IMG/VR virus record: IMGVR_UViG_3300027672_000073 | Location: 1 to 26,581 of that record | DNA from: a virus | Lineage: Duplodnaviria > Caudoviricetes | DNA length: 26,581 nt | Strand: one strand, 5' to 3' | In this document: one piece after another, positions 15,348 through 25,359 of the stretch | Layout of the letters: each line of letters opens with the position of its first letter | How positions within the stretch are numbered: the stretch's first letter is position 1 | Program-made: the position numbers and the translations under genes | The notes under the pieces: generated by a model | Told to the model about the DNA's origin: nothing | The model's database searches: none | The model's input: only the letters and a program-made list of their open reading frames with translations

Positions 15348-16538
15348 TTACAATAATGCTAGTAATTTCTGCACAACTTGATAACCTTTTTCAGTAGCAG
15401 GTATTTTAACATCTAAGTTTTTTGCTGCTTTTTCTAAAGCGTTTAATTTCTTTACTAAAGATTGTGAAAGTTTACCTGCTTTTGCTTTTTCTTTATCAAA
15501 TACTACATTAAATTTTTTATCATCTTTGTCAGCTTCTTCAAGATAACGCATTGACCTTTTTAAATCTTCTTCTGCTTTATCATAAACTGATGTAGCTGCT
15601 TGATATTTATCTTGTAAATCAAAATATTTATTTGCAGCCTTTTTAGAATTATCTTTTGCTTTTTCTCTTTCTTTTGAACGTTTTTCTACAAGTTTATTAT
15701 TATTATCTATTTTCTTTTTTTGTTCTTTTAAAGTAGATAATATTTCTTTAGCCTGTTGGGTAAGCTTTTCTACATCTTGCGTTAGTCCTAATTCAACTCT
15801 TTTAGCCTTACTCATTGTAGTAATTTTTCCTTCCCTTACTAATTCATTAAAAGCACTTAGTATTTGTTCTGTTGTCGGTTTTGTTTTTTGCATTTGTTCA
15901 AATTTATTAGTAAAGTAGCCTTCTATTGAAAGACCTTTTAATTCTCCTGCTTTTATCTTAGACCAAATTTCATCATTTGAAATAGATAATTTAACCATCC
16001 AAGTTCCCACAGGAAGTGAGTAGCCATACAAAGTAGACTTATCTAATTTAGTATCTTCAATAATCCAAGATTCAACTGTAAGTATTCCTGAAACTCTGTC
16101 TTGATGTTGATACGTTGCTTTGTGGTGGTTGTTATGTTTCAAATAAAGCTCAGATGCTTTACGTACTGTATCAGGACTAAAGTAAACATAGTAGTCTGAG
16201 TCTGTGTTTGGGTCGTGTCTAAATATTTGCTTGTTAGGAATTAAAGCAGGACTTACTAGCATACGCTTTTCTTCATCTACTTTTGCAAAAGTTAAGTTGT
16301 TCTTTTCTTTTCCAAAGAATACAAAGTCTTGTTCTATAGCAGGACTTGTTACTAGACTGATAGCGTCTATTGCTAATTCTTGACTATCGTCTGCAATTAC
16401 TAATTCTACTATTTTAGTTTCTTTCATATCTTCATAATAGTCTTTATTGTCAGCTTCACAATCAGCTTTTGAGTCATACTTACAGCTTCCTGTCTTTCCC
16501 CATTTATATTTTCCGTTTTCACATTTTTCGCAAGGCAT
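15348..16538 (-). CDS. XkdF-like putative prohead protease with N- and C-terminal extensions
   Basis: AISLVTSPAIE, EEKRMLVSPALIPNKQIFR, ESWII, LPVGTWMV, IKAGELKGLSIEG. Confidence 0.8.
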   Translation of the reverse strand: MPCEKCENGKYKWGKTGSCKYDSKADCEADNKDYYEDMKETKIVELVIADDSQELAIDAISLVTSPAIEQDFVFFGKEKNNLTFAKVDEEKRMLVSPALIPNKQIFRHDPNTDSDYYVYFSPDTVRKASELYLKHNNHHKATYQHQDRVSGILTVESWIIEDTKLDKSTLYGYSLPVGTWMVKLSISNDEIWSKIKAGELKGLSIEGYFTNKFEQMQKTKPTTEQILSAFNELVREGKITTMSKAKRVELGLTQDVEKLTQQAKEILSTLKEQKKKIDNNNKLVEKRSKEREKAKDNSKKAANKYFDLQDKYQAATSVYDKAEEDLKRSMRYLEEADKDDKKFNVVFDKEKAKAGKLSQSLVKKLNALEKAAKNLDVKIPATEKGYQVVQKLLALL

Positions 16539-16540
16539 AG

Positions 16541-16570
16541 TATATAATAGATTTTTAGTTAGTTTATTTG
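16541..16570 (-). promoter_or_regulatory. Putative phage late promoter, copy C
   Basis: CAAA-N16-CTATTATATA-CT-ATG. Confidence 0.75.
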
Positions 16571-16573
16571 ATT

Positions 16574-18250
16574 TTAGATTGTAGCTCTACGTCTTATATT
16601 TGCTAATTGATTCTGACTGTTTGTCATTTCGTCAGTTACTACAAAGGCTTTCATAGCTTCAGGTGCTACTCCTCCTGATATATCAAAAGCTCCTGACATC
16701 ATTTGAGGTGCAGGTGGTGCAACATCTGGTGTCGGTGGTGGTGTTGCTACTACTGCTGCATCCCCACCGCTTAATATCTTTTGAATCTGTACAGCTGAGA
16801 ACGCACCTGCTAGTCCTGCTTGAACAAATGGGTAAGCAGGCATTAACGCAGTTATAGGTGATTTTTGAGCTGTAGTAAACGCATTTTGTACACCCTCTAT
16901 TCCTGATATTGTAGCTTGAGCTACAGCAGCCGCTTTTGCTATCTCTGTTCCTTCACCTGCTATTGCTGAAATTAAACTTAAACCTTGTTGAGCTACACCT
17001 ACCTTTGCGTCCCTAACTGCCTTGTCTATATCTTTTTGTTTTTCTCCTGCTTCTTTTTTTATGTCTGTTTGCTCTTTCTCATATTGCTTCGTAATAGCTG
17101 TCGTATCTACTCCTGCCTTTCTAGCCATTTCTAATTTTAAGTCATAAGCAGTTTGTAGTTCTTCTAATTCTCTTTCTAATCCTGAAAGTCCTTCCGCTCT
17201 TAATTGGTTTTGTGTTTCTAGTAATTCCTTTTCAAGTCCTACTTGATTTGTCTTTTGTTCTGATAATTGTCCTGTAATAGTTTCTTCAAGTTCACGCTCT
17301 GCATTTTGAGCTTCCATTAATGCTAACTTGTTTTCGTCATTACCATTCTGCTGAACAAGTAATTCTGCTGCTCTTATTCCTATCTGTATTTGTTCTCTTT
17401 GAAGTTTTTGTTGTTCTTCTAAGGATTTTTTTAAGTCTTTATTAGCTTGGATTCTTTCTGCAAAAGTCTTAGTTTCGTCATCTCTAACCTGTCTAAATAA
17501 TTCTGCTTCTCTTAATTTTTCTGCATTTAACTTTGCAAATTCTGCTGCTGCAAATTTTGCAGCTTTTACCGAAGCGGTAGTAGATTTAGCCAATTCATAA
17601 TTAGCTTTTACAGATATTTTAGATATCCCGCTAGCTGTTTCATCATATATAGCTCCAACTTCACTTATAGCATCACCAAAATTGTTATAAATATCTTTAC
17701 CTGCTTGAACAGTCGCCTCACCAACATCTATTATATCATCCTTAGTTTCCTGTATGTCAGCTCTTAGCTCTGCCATCTTACCCTCATCACCTCCGCCAAG
17801 GAATGAATCTTCCCAAGCTAACATTGCTGCTTGAACACCTATCTTAATTCCGTAAAAAGCTAACTTTATAGGAGTTAAAGACAGTGTTACTAATCCTCCC
17901 AAAACCTTTGATAATCCGTTAAACCTTTCTTCTGATTCAGTTACCCAAGTAACGACATCTGTAAGTACTGTAACGACTTGATTGAAAGTTGTAGAAATAG
18001 TAGAAAGCACTGTTTCCATTAAGTCCATTGCTTTTTGATTCCTTTCAATAGCTTCTTTAAGGGCTAAAAATAAACCAATAACTAATCCTATACCTGCTGC
18101 TTTAAGTGCCATACCTACACCTTTTACAGCCGTACCTAATCCCTTAAACCCTTTCTTGGCACCGCCTGTACTTTGTGCTAGTTTTTCAGTATCTTTTGCA
18201 ACCGCGCCGATATTTGACTTTACTTCCAATTCTAACACTTCCTTTGCCAT
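16574..18250 (-). CDS. Tape measure-like protein
   Basis: Ala/Gly-rich hydrophobic N-terminal segment (ALKAAGIGLVIGLFLAL), long coiled coil, C-terminal KAFVV..EMT.SQ motif. Confidence 0.7.
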   Translation of the reverse strand: MAKEVLELEVKSNIGAVAKDTEKLAQSTGGAKKGFKGLGTAVKGVGMALKAAGIGLVIGLFLALKEAIERNQKAMDLMETVLSTISTTFNQVVTVLTDVVTWVTESEERFNGLSKVLGGLVTLSLTPIKLAFYGIKIGVQAAMLAWEDSFLGGGDEGKMAELRADIQETKDDIIDVGEATVQAGKDIYNNFGDAISEVGAIYDETASGISKISVKANYELAKSTTASVKAAKFAAAEFAKLNAEKLREAELFRQVRDDETKTFAERIQANKDLKKSLEEQQKLQREQIQIGIRAAELLVQQNGNDENKLALMEAQNAERELEETITGQLSEQKTNQVGLEKELLETQNQLRAEGLSGLERELEELQTAYDLKLEMARKAGVDTTAITKQYEKEQTDIKKEAGEKQKDIDKAVRDAKVGVAQQGLSLISAIAGEGTEIAKAAAVAQATISGIEGVQNAFTTAQKSPITALMPAYPFVQAGLAGAFSAVQIQKILSGGDAAVVATPPPTPDVAPPAPQMMSGAFDISGGVAPEAMKAFVVTDEMTNSQNQLANIRRRATI

Positions 18251-18260
18251 AGTTTTATTT

Positions 18261-19583
18261 TTATAGAGTTACCCCTGTTTTAATTTGTGTTAATTTTATG
18301 TCGCAAGTCCATTCTACATCCATATTATTTGCACCCCTTACATTCACCCTGAAGTTACCTCCTGTGATGGATGTAGAAGCAACCCAACCTGAAGTCGTTC
18401 CTGAAGTCTTGATAACATCCCTTTCTCTTTGAATACTTAAAACCCCTGATTTGTTTATTGCTACACCTCTTTCAATAGCTGACCAATAATCGCCTGGTGC
18501 ACCTGAAGCACTTGTTCCACCTACTCTAACTGCTAAGCAAGTTGCGTGAAAGTAAACTGCAGTATTTTCAGGAATTATGAAATAACTTCCTGATGTATTG
18601 TTTAAATTACTTGCTAAAGTAGAAGCACTTGTAGTTAGTTTACCATACATTACCCTAATTGACTGTCGTTTACCTAAAGCATCATTTGCAGCGTTACCAC
18701 CTAAGACTGTTGAATTGTCTGCTGTTGCCTCTCCTAGTGTGCCTGATACGCTTGCATTGTTTACACCGTTTGCTATTTCGTTTTGGTTTCCTATTATAAT
18801 ACTATTTTTTGAAAATCCTTTTACAGAATTACTTTCACCCATTATGAAAGTATTGTTCGTCCCTGTTTCTGTAGAATTTCCTGCACCGAAAGTTCTGTTG
18901 TTTTCGTTTGCTGCAACTCTATCAAGATTTGTGTTGTATATAAAAGCCGAACACGTTCCCAATTCTTGGTCATATGTATATCCGTAAGATTCACACTGTA
19001 ATTGATTCGGTGTTATTTCATTTGTTCCATCTGTGAAAGTTACAGTTCCAACACCTGAAATTAAATTTGGTTTGACTGTGAAGCCTGACAAGAATGTAAT
19101 TGCTGAAGGTACTGTTTCAATACTTACTGAATTTATTTGTAATAAGTTAGAACTTCCTATGTATTTCGTATCTATTAATAAAGTATCTTGTGTTGAGCCT
19201 GCTATGAACTTTATCGTTTGTGTAGTATCACCTGAAATAATATGGGTGCTTTGAAGAACCGTACCTGAATATATTGAAATTGTAGGGCTTCCAACTACTA
19301 GGACATTAAAGTCTATTTTAATATTGTAAGACTCGCCTTCAACAAGGTTTGAAAGTTTTTGCAGTATTCCGTTTTGCGTACTTTCAGAGTCTGAAACTAA
19401 ATTTAGAATACCACCTGATTCATTAATATTTATTCCTAGTAAGTCATAATAACGATACCAAGTATTAACAACCATTGTAGGATTGTAAAAGTTTACAGCT
19501 CCTTGCGGCAATACTGTTTCTATTAAAGTATTTGCTGAAGCATTTACTGTACTAAAATATGTGCTATCTGAAATATATGCCAT
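18261..19583 (-). CDS. Tail fibre / receptor-binding-like protein
   Basis: Beta-rich N-terminal domain, QCESYGY...C linker, G-x-x-N repeats resembling YadA-head beta-rolls. Confidence 0.6.
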   Translation of the reverse strand: MAYISDSTYFSTVNASANTLIETVLPQGAVNFYNPTMVVNTWYRYYDLLGININESGGILNLVSDSESTQNGILQKLSNLVEGESYNIKIDFNVLVVGSPTISIYSGTVLQSTHIISGDTTQTIKFIAGSTQDTLLIDTKYIGSSNLLQINSVSIETVPSAITFLSGFTVKPNLISGVGTVTFTDGTNEITPNQLQCESYGYTYDQELGTCSAFIYNTNLDRVAANENNRTFGAGNSTETGTNNTFIMGESNSVKGFSKNSIIIGNQNEIANGVNNASVSGTLGEATADNSTVLGGNAANDALGKRQSIRVMYGKLTTSASTLASNLNNTSGSYFIIPENTAVYFHATCLAVRVGGTSASGAPGDYWSAIERGVAINKSGVLSIQRERDVIKTSGTTSGWVASTSITGGNFRVNVRGANNMDVEWTCDIKLTQIKTGVTL

Positions 19584-22297
19584 TATGGGATAAGTATAAA
19601 TTCTACTGTCGCTAAGTCGTTTGGTTTGTATTCTATCTTGTTTACTCTAAATACTCTGTTTTTAATTAATACAGTGGAATTGAATTTGAATGTATTGATA
19701 TCAGAAGGACTAAGGTTTACTTTAAGAGTCATAATCCGTGTATTAGGATTATAAAGTTCCGAGTAATAAGGTAACCAATAACGGTTAAATAAATTATTTG
19801 AAGTAGGTGCGCCAACACCTGTCATTAATTGACATTCTCCAAAGTTAAAATCTCTTGTATCTGAATTTACAGGTGGTTGAGATGTTATTGGAGGAACATC
19901 TGACAAATGACTAAATTGTAAAAAATCTGATTCTGTAGGGAATGCTGCAACACCATTTTGAGCAGGAACAGAAAAAGTGTTAAAAGATAGTGTCTTAACA
20001 CCGTTGTCATACATCAATCGAGGACTATTTTCAAAGCTTTCAGTAGTGTCGCCAGTCTTATCATAAGAATAAATTGAAGGGACTATAAACTCATCTAAAT
20101 AATCGTCCAAAGCCTTGATAACTGTAGCTGCAAAAGGTTCTGCAACTATTTCATCAGTTCCTTCTAGTATATTAAATTCGTTTCCTGCATTGTATTTTTT
20201 ACTCCCATACAAATGACCACCTACTGAATTTTTGTAATTATTGAAAGCAAAGTCTTCTTCATCTTCTATGAATTTAAATATACTATTTTTATTTAAGTCT
20301 GTTAAAGGTGTTAATTTTATTTCTGAAATATCTATCTTATCCGTCCAATTTAAAGGAGGTACATTTAATGAAGGTGTAATGAAAATATCTTGATATGGTT
20401 CAATGATAATATTATTAGGATTATCTTCATCAGGCATAGTTACTAAGTTAAACATTGTAATCAAACCCTGTAAGAAATCCCATTGCCCTAATTCACCTCT
20501 TAGGTTATATAATAAAGGAATAACTTTAGAAGAGTCTGTATTATATGAAAATTCAATATTACTCTGTGTAAATGACATACTAATTCTTATAGTATTTGAA
20601 GTAGGTGCTTTTGCTTGGGCTTGGATATATTCTCCAATCTGTAAAACCGTTGTAAATGTACCCTGAAATGTTTTAGTAAGATTGCCACCTATGCTATCGT
20701 GATTTTGTGCGAAAGTTTCTATTACTGAACCTGAAGCACTAAACTTAGCAATCCTGACACTATTACCTCTAGAACTTCCTGTAGCGTTCTGTAGTCTTAA
20801 ATAGTAATCTGCTGTTACTTCTAAATTGTTTACATCTGAAACAAATTTAAAGTCTGTATTATCCCAAAGACTTGGAGTACCTGAAATATTATCTTGCAGT
20901 TTGTATTTTGTGTAAGAACTACCAAAATAATAATCCCCTGCTGAAGTATTATAGGCTTGTTTAAAAACTCCAGTCCGTATAGGTACAGCTCCAACACCTT
21001 CAGAACCCCAATTAAAGTCCATAAATAACTTACTAAAATCTGTTGTGTTGAAGAAACTTGAAGAATAAGTAAATTCAGTATCAGCAAATATATTATCTAT
21101 TATGTATTTTGCGTTTATAAAAGGTCTGTAAGATGTTTCTAAATTTTGTAGAATTGGATTGCCTGAAGATAACGTGTACTGGTGAACCCAATCAACAAAA
21201 GGATATTTCAATACTGATGTTTGTATTGCTCCTGCTGCTCCTGCAAAACTTCCTACTGGCAATAAGTCTAACAAAATCAAGTCACCTGTTGCACTTAATT
21301 TTATATTGTCGTAATCGTAATCGTGGTTAAGCTCATTGAAATCTAAGTCCCTGAAAGTCCTGTCTTTTAAAGTGTCCGCTAAAGCTACAACTTCTGAATA
21401 CAGATTAACATTGTAACTTATTTCTCCTTCCTTATCTGTTATGTCTAGCATTCTTAAATAACCATTGAATAGAATGAATCCGTCTTGCTTTAAAACACAC
21501 TTAGTCTTTTTGTAAGGATTAAAAATAATACCGTCATTTGACCTTGTTACTTCAAACATTTGGTCGAATATTCTATTGTTTCTTTTTGTTGCAGGAAGGT
21601 TAAAAGCCTTTGAATAAGACTGTACTTTCTCAGCTACATTTTTAAAATTATCTACACTTAACGTTAAAGGTAAATCTTCATCTTCATAAAGGTCTAAAAT
21701 AACCTGTCCATCATCTAAAACATTTGTTGCTCCTGAAGGTACTGCGCCTACTACTGGTTGAACTGATAAATCTGTAATCGTAACCGTAGTGTCTAATGGA
21801 TTAACATATACTATCATTACAGTATCAGTAGTTGATTGAGCTGTAAAAGTGTCTGTTATTTGTGTTCCCGTTGCTGCTCCGAATCCTCCTGCAAATATAT
21901 TAGTTCCGCTTGCATATTGAGTAATAAGAACTCCTGTAGTTGCGTCAAGGTTAATTGTTATAGTATATTGCTGCCCTATTACTAAATTAGTAAGTCTTTG
22001 ATAAACTCCCGAAACACCACCTGATAAAGATTCTAAAACTAAACTCCCTGCAACAACTGTAGGATATGCAGGAGTTCCACCTACATTATTTCTGAATAGA
22101 TACCAAGTGTTTGGAATAGTAGCAGGCGAATTTATAAGAGTATCTGTATAAGGAATAGCAGCCGAACTTGTATAAGATATTGCACTTCCTAAATTAGCAA
22201 AATTGATTCCATTAACTATAAACTCAGTTGTTGAAGATGATATTTCAGTAGCTTGACCATTATAATTTTGAGGATATACTATTAATTGAACACTCAT
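19583..22297 (-). CDS. Large tail tip / hub protein
   Basis: LDLYEDEDLPLTLSV...SYSKAFNLPATKRNNRIF and C-terminal FRVNKIEY...ATVEFI patterns of Bacteroidota phage tail proteins; extra N-terminal beta domain. Confidence 0.7.
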   Translation of the reverse strand: MSVQLIVYPQNYNGQATEISSSTTEFIVNGINFANLGSAISYTSSAAIPYTDTLINSPATIPNTWYLFRNNVGGTPAYPTVVAGSLVLESLSGGVSGVYQRLTNLVIGQQYTITINLDATTGVLITQYASGTNIFAGGFGAATGTQITDTFTAQSTTDTVMIVYVNPLDTTVTITDLSVQPVVGAVPSGATNVLDDGQVILDLYEDEDLPLTLSVDNFKNVAEKVQSYSKAFNLPATKRNNRIFDQMFEVTRSNDGIIFNPYKKTKCVLKQDGFILFNGYLRMLDITDKEGEISYNVNLYSEVVALADTLKDRTFRDLDFNELNHDYDYDNIKLSATGDLILLDLLPVGSFAGAAGAIQTSVLKYPFVDWVHQYTLSSGNPILQNLETSYRPFINAKYIIDNIFADTEFTYSSSFFNTTDFSKLFMDFNWGSEGVGAVPIRTGVFKQAYNTSAGDYYFGSSYTKYKLQDNISGTPSLWDNTDFKFVSDVNNLEVTADYYLRLQNATGSSRGNSVRIAKFSASGSVIETFAQNHDSIGGNLTKTFQGTFTTVLQIGEYIQAQAKAPTSNTIRISMSFTQSNIEFSYNTDSSKVIPLLYNLRGELGQWDFLQGLITMFNLVTMPDEDNPNNIIIEPYQDIFITPSLNVPPLNWTDKIDISEIKLTPLTDLNKNSIFKFIEDEEDFAFNNYKNSVGGHLYGSKKYNAGNEFNILEGTDEIVAEPFAATVIKALDDYLDEFIVPSIYSYDKTGDTTESFENSPRLMYDNGVKTLSFNTFSVPAQNGVAAFPTESDFLQFSHLSDVPPITSQPPVNSDTRDFNFGECQLMTGVGAPTSNNLFNRYWLPYYSELYNPNTRIMTLKVNLSPSDINTFKFNSTVLIKNRVFRVNKIEYKPNDLATVEFILIP

Positions 22298-23736
22298 TAT
22301 ATTGACTGCGTTCTAAGTGTTTTACTCTTTTCTACTTCAAAAGTGTACTGCATAAGTTTATCGTTTGCAACTGTCTTTCTAGTGTAGCTTGAAGTTGATA
22401 GTCTTACAGGTGTGACATATTGATTCAAAGCTGAACTTGCTGATTCATCTTTAAATCCTTCTAAGATATATACTTCAGGACTATTTATAAGCTCTTCAAA
22501 CCATTCCGATTCGGTTTCACTAACAAAGTCTGTATTCATCTTTATCTTTTCTGTAGCATTAACTCTAAATGTTTTCGTGCCACCTTTAAAGCTATTTACT
22601 TTATACGAACTATCATTCCAACTTCCTCCAAGTTGCTGATATGTACTTCCTTTTGTTGATACTGACTTAGTAGACTTCATATTGAAAGTGTAGTAATCCC
22701 AAGCTCCCCACTGATTCAACCAAGTAAGCCTTATAGGTTCGTACCCTTTTTGATTAGGACAGTTTAAATCAATTGTATAGGTTGCTGATGCAGGTTGTCC
22801 TGCGTCATTTAAAACAGCAAAATTATAATGACCACCCTGAATAGTACCTGCACTTACAAGCCCTTGAAACATTGTACTACTACCTTGTAAGTTAGCAGGA
22901 AATATTCCAAAGTATAATGATAAGGCTTGTATATTGGATTGAGGGTAAAGAAAGCCACCATTCGCTGCAGTAAAGTTAATTTGCTCTTGATCTAAAACAC
23001 TACCTGATGAATCAAAATAAATAATTTCTATTCCTTCAGCAATATAAGGCATTAACATTCCTACCGTTCCGTAATCTTCTAAGTTAGCGTATTGAGTAGT
23101 TGGTGCATTAGTTAAAAATTTCTTAGTTGAACCGTCTAATAAAAAATGCGAATACAAGTCGTACCCAAAATTTACTCCTGATAAAAGTAATTTGTCCGTA
23201 TATTTTAAGTAGCCGTTAAAAATAATACTCATACTTGCAATCACTTCAGAATTCGTAATTATAGTTCCGTATGTAGGACTAGATGGGTCGTCATCTTCAT
23301 ATTCAACCTTAAACTTAACAGTAAACCAACGCATTGCATTTATATTCCCTGAGTACCTATCTATTAAGTGAATGGGTACATTAGTATCTACAGTATTAAC
23401 TACTGATGGTGGATTTGCAGGTTGTTTATAAGCACTTCCTTCTCTTGCTAAGTTATCTGCTTTGACAAAGCTTTCAATAACAGGTCTGAAGTCAAACATT
23501 CCAACCCCTGCATTATTTGGTGTAGTTTTAAAAGTACCCACTAAGTCTGCTGAAGTATTTGAATTAGGAGGTGTTGTGTTACTTATATAAACCTCAGCAA
23601 CAAACTTTACTCTTGTGAAATTTGAAACTACTTGAGAATTAGAAACTGTATAAATAATTTCTTGACCTACAGGAAATACTTTATCTAAAGTTCCAGGATT
23701 TGATAGTGGTTGTTGAACTATTAGTGTTTGACTCAT
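22297..23736 (-). CDS. Tail/baseplate structural protein (distal-tail-like C-terminus)
   Basis: WLNQWGAWDYYTF...NTDFV...FEELINSPEVY; lies in the tail module. Confidence 0.6.
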   Translation of the reverse strand: MSQTLIVQQPLSNPGTLDKVFPVGQEIIYTVSNSQVVSNFTRVKFVAEVYISNTTPPNSNTSADLVGTFKTTPNNAGVGMFDFRPVIESFVKADNLAREGSAYKQPANPPSVVNTVDTNVPIHLIDRYSGNINAMRWFTVKFKVEYEDDDPSSPTYGTIITNSEVIASMSIIFNGYLKYTDKLLLSGVNFGYDLYSHFLLDGSTKKFLTNAPTTQYANLEDYGTVGMLMPYIAEGIEIIYFDSSGSVLDQEQINFTAANGGFLYPQSNIQALSLYFGIFPANLQGSSTMFQGLVSAGTIQGGHYNFAVLNDAGQPASATYTIDLNCPNQKGYEPIRLTWLNQWGAWDYYTFNMKSTKSVSTKGSTYQQLGGSWNDSSYKVNSFKGGTKTFRVNATEKIKMNTDFVSETESEWFEELINSPEVYILEGFKDESASSALNQYVTPVRLSTSSYTRKTVANDKLMQYTFEVEKSKTLRTQSI

Positions 23737-24281
23737 TATTTTACTGTTGTTAAACTGTTAATTATATCTTCTTTTACCGCTCCTAAAAATTCTTTAGGCA
23801 ATCTATCTAATCCTAGCCCAAGCGGTCTTTGAAAGAAACTAAGACTTTTAATACCATCTCTTTTAATAGATGCACTTATAAAGTATGCTAGTCCTGATAT
23901 GTACTGACCGCTTTTTTTAGACCTTCCTCTTCCTGTTCCTTTTGGTTTTATTCCTCTTCTTTTAATCCATTTTGAAATAATATCTATAGGAGGGCCTGCA
24001 GTTGTATACCCTTTACCAGGACTTCTTTTTATATTTCCTTCATAATCTTTATAGCTTTGTTTTTTCTTATTTCCTGAAACTCCTTTGTCTATAAATTTTC
24101 CATAGTCTAACATATGAAATTCTACTATAAAACTTTTACCATCAGGGACTACTTTAAACTTAATAGAATTATATAAATCTTTATTAACGTTTTTTTTTCC
24201 TTTAGTTAAATTGGCTCTAGCCTGTTGAACTACGTACTTCCCGAAGCTGTTTAAGTAATTTTCTATATTTTTAGTTTCCAC
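23736..24281 (-). CDS. Putative tail completion / neck protein
   Basis: Basic; LYNSIKF...YGKFIDKGV...PPIDIISKWIKRRGI...SIKRDGIK; GTG start. Confidence 0.55.
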   Translation of the reverse strand: METKNIENYLNSFGKYVVQQARANLTKGKKNVNKDLYNSIKFKVVPDGKSFIVEFHMLDYGKFIDKGVSGNKKKQSYKDYEGNIKRSPGKGYTTAGPPIDIISKWIKRRGIKPKGTGRGRSKKSGQYISGLAYFISASIKRDGIKSLSFFQRPLGLGLDRLPKEFLGAVKEDIINSLTTVK

Positions 24282-24730
24282 TATACTAATCCAACAAATA
24301 CCTCAACTCTAGCTGTTACTGCTGTTGTTGGTTTTACCTGTAAGGAAGCTAAGTCTTGCATAGTTCCAAAAGAAGGAGAAGTATCTGCTTCAGCTAAAGC
24401 TAAGTCTGCACCCTGACAAAGGATATGTGATTGACCTGCCGTAAGTATCACTTGGTAATTTGAAGCTGTTGTAACTACTGCTAGTTCAATAGCTACTGCT
24501 GATTCTAAGTTTGTTACTCTTACATACCTTGTGCTCGCTACATTAATCGCACCTGCTGATGTTGAAGGTAATGTGTCAAATACTGCAACTGTAGTTGCTA
24601 CACTCGCTGTGCAAGTTACTATCCTTTCAAAGACATCATTGATTCCTGTAGTTGTTACTGAATTTACCGACCCCCTAAGGCTTCCATTAAGTGTTACTGT
24701 TTCACTGATTGTTGTTACTAAGTCTGCCAT
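24281..24730 (-). CDS. Beta-rich structural protein
   Basis: 149 aa, Thr/Val/Ala-rich; YVRVTNL motif; within the structural operon. Confidence 0.55.
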   Translation of the reverse strand: MADLVTTISETVTLNGSLRGSVNSVTTTGINDVFERIVTCTASVATTVAVFDTLPSTSAGAINVASTRYVRVTNLESAVAIELAVVTTASNYQVILTAGQSHILCQGADLALAEADTSPSFGTMQDLASLQVKPTTAVTARVEVFVGLV

Positions 24731-24739
24731 AATTTTATA

Positions 24740-24811
24740 TTATAAATTAATTGTTATTTTAAATTTCTTCCAACCTAACTGAATTGTTAGCCACCCTATT
24801 TTCCATTTCAT
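24740..24811 (-). CDS. 23-aa Trp/Lys-rich peptide
   Basis: TAATG coupling to the upstream gene; MKWKIGWLTIQLGWKKFKITINL; fills the gap. Confidence 0.5.
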   Translation of the reverse strand: MKWKIGWLTIQLGWKKFKITINL

Positions 24812-25359
24812 TAATAACCTGCACCCTTTGTATTTACAGGAATATCACAAGTTTGAAAGTCATTCTGAACTAAGATACCAATATTGAACACAAACCCACA
24901 GCATAAGTTATCAAAGCGTTCCTGAAACGGTTCTATTGTAAATTGGTCTTGTGTAAAGTATATAGGAAAATTAATATCATCAACACCTTGTAAAGATTGC
25001 CTTGAACTATGTCTAAGCATACCTATGAAGTCGGTTACTATTTGTAGCGTTTCGTTAAATACATCTTGCTCATTGCTTAGTGTCTTTACTAATTTAGGGA
25101 AATCAGCATCAGCATTGTTCTCTGTCCAATTAGCTTTCTCAGTTACCATATCCATTATGAATATTTGGAAGTTGTAGGTCAATTGACTATCCCCTGTTGA
25201 TACGCTTGTAGGGTTTATGTGCAGTAAGGGAAATTTAGTTTCCTTAGCTAAATCAATATCGAATATATCACCTACAGAAGTTGTGCTTATTTGATGGTGA
25301 AACTCCGCTAATTTAAGTAAAGTATTTATTACGTTATTGTATGTCTTATTTTTAACCAT
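24811..25359 (-). CDS. Putative tail terminator protein
   Basis: GDIFDIDL...FPLLHINP...LTYNFQIFIMD...IEPFQERFDN; size and position fit. Confidence 0.55.
   Translation of the reverse strand: MVKNKTYNNVINTLLKLAEFHHQISTTSVGDIFDIDLAKETKFPLLHINPTSVSTGDSQLTYNFQIFIMDMVTEKANWTENNADADFPKLVKTLSNEQDVFNETLQIVTDFIGMLRHSSRQSLQGVDDINFPIYFTQDQFTIEPFQERFDNLCCGFVFNIGILVQNDFQTCDIPVNTKGAGY

Noticed and set aside
1297-24782. All plus-strand ORFs in the track, and the nested minus-strand ORF 20830..21087
   Set aside because: They lie antisense to, or out of frame within, well-supported minus-strand genes and show no recognisable motifs; treated as shadow ORFs.
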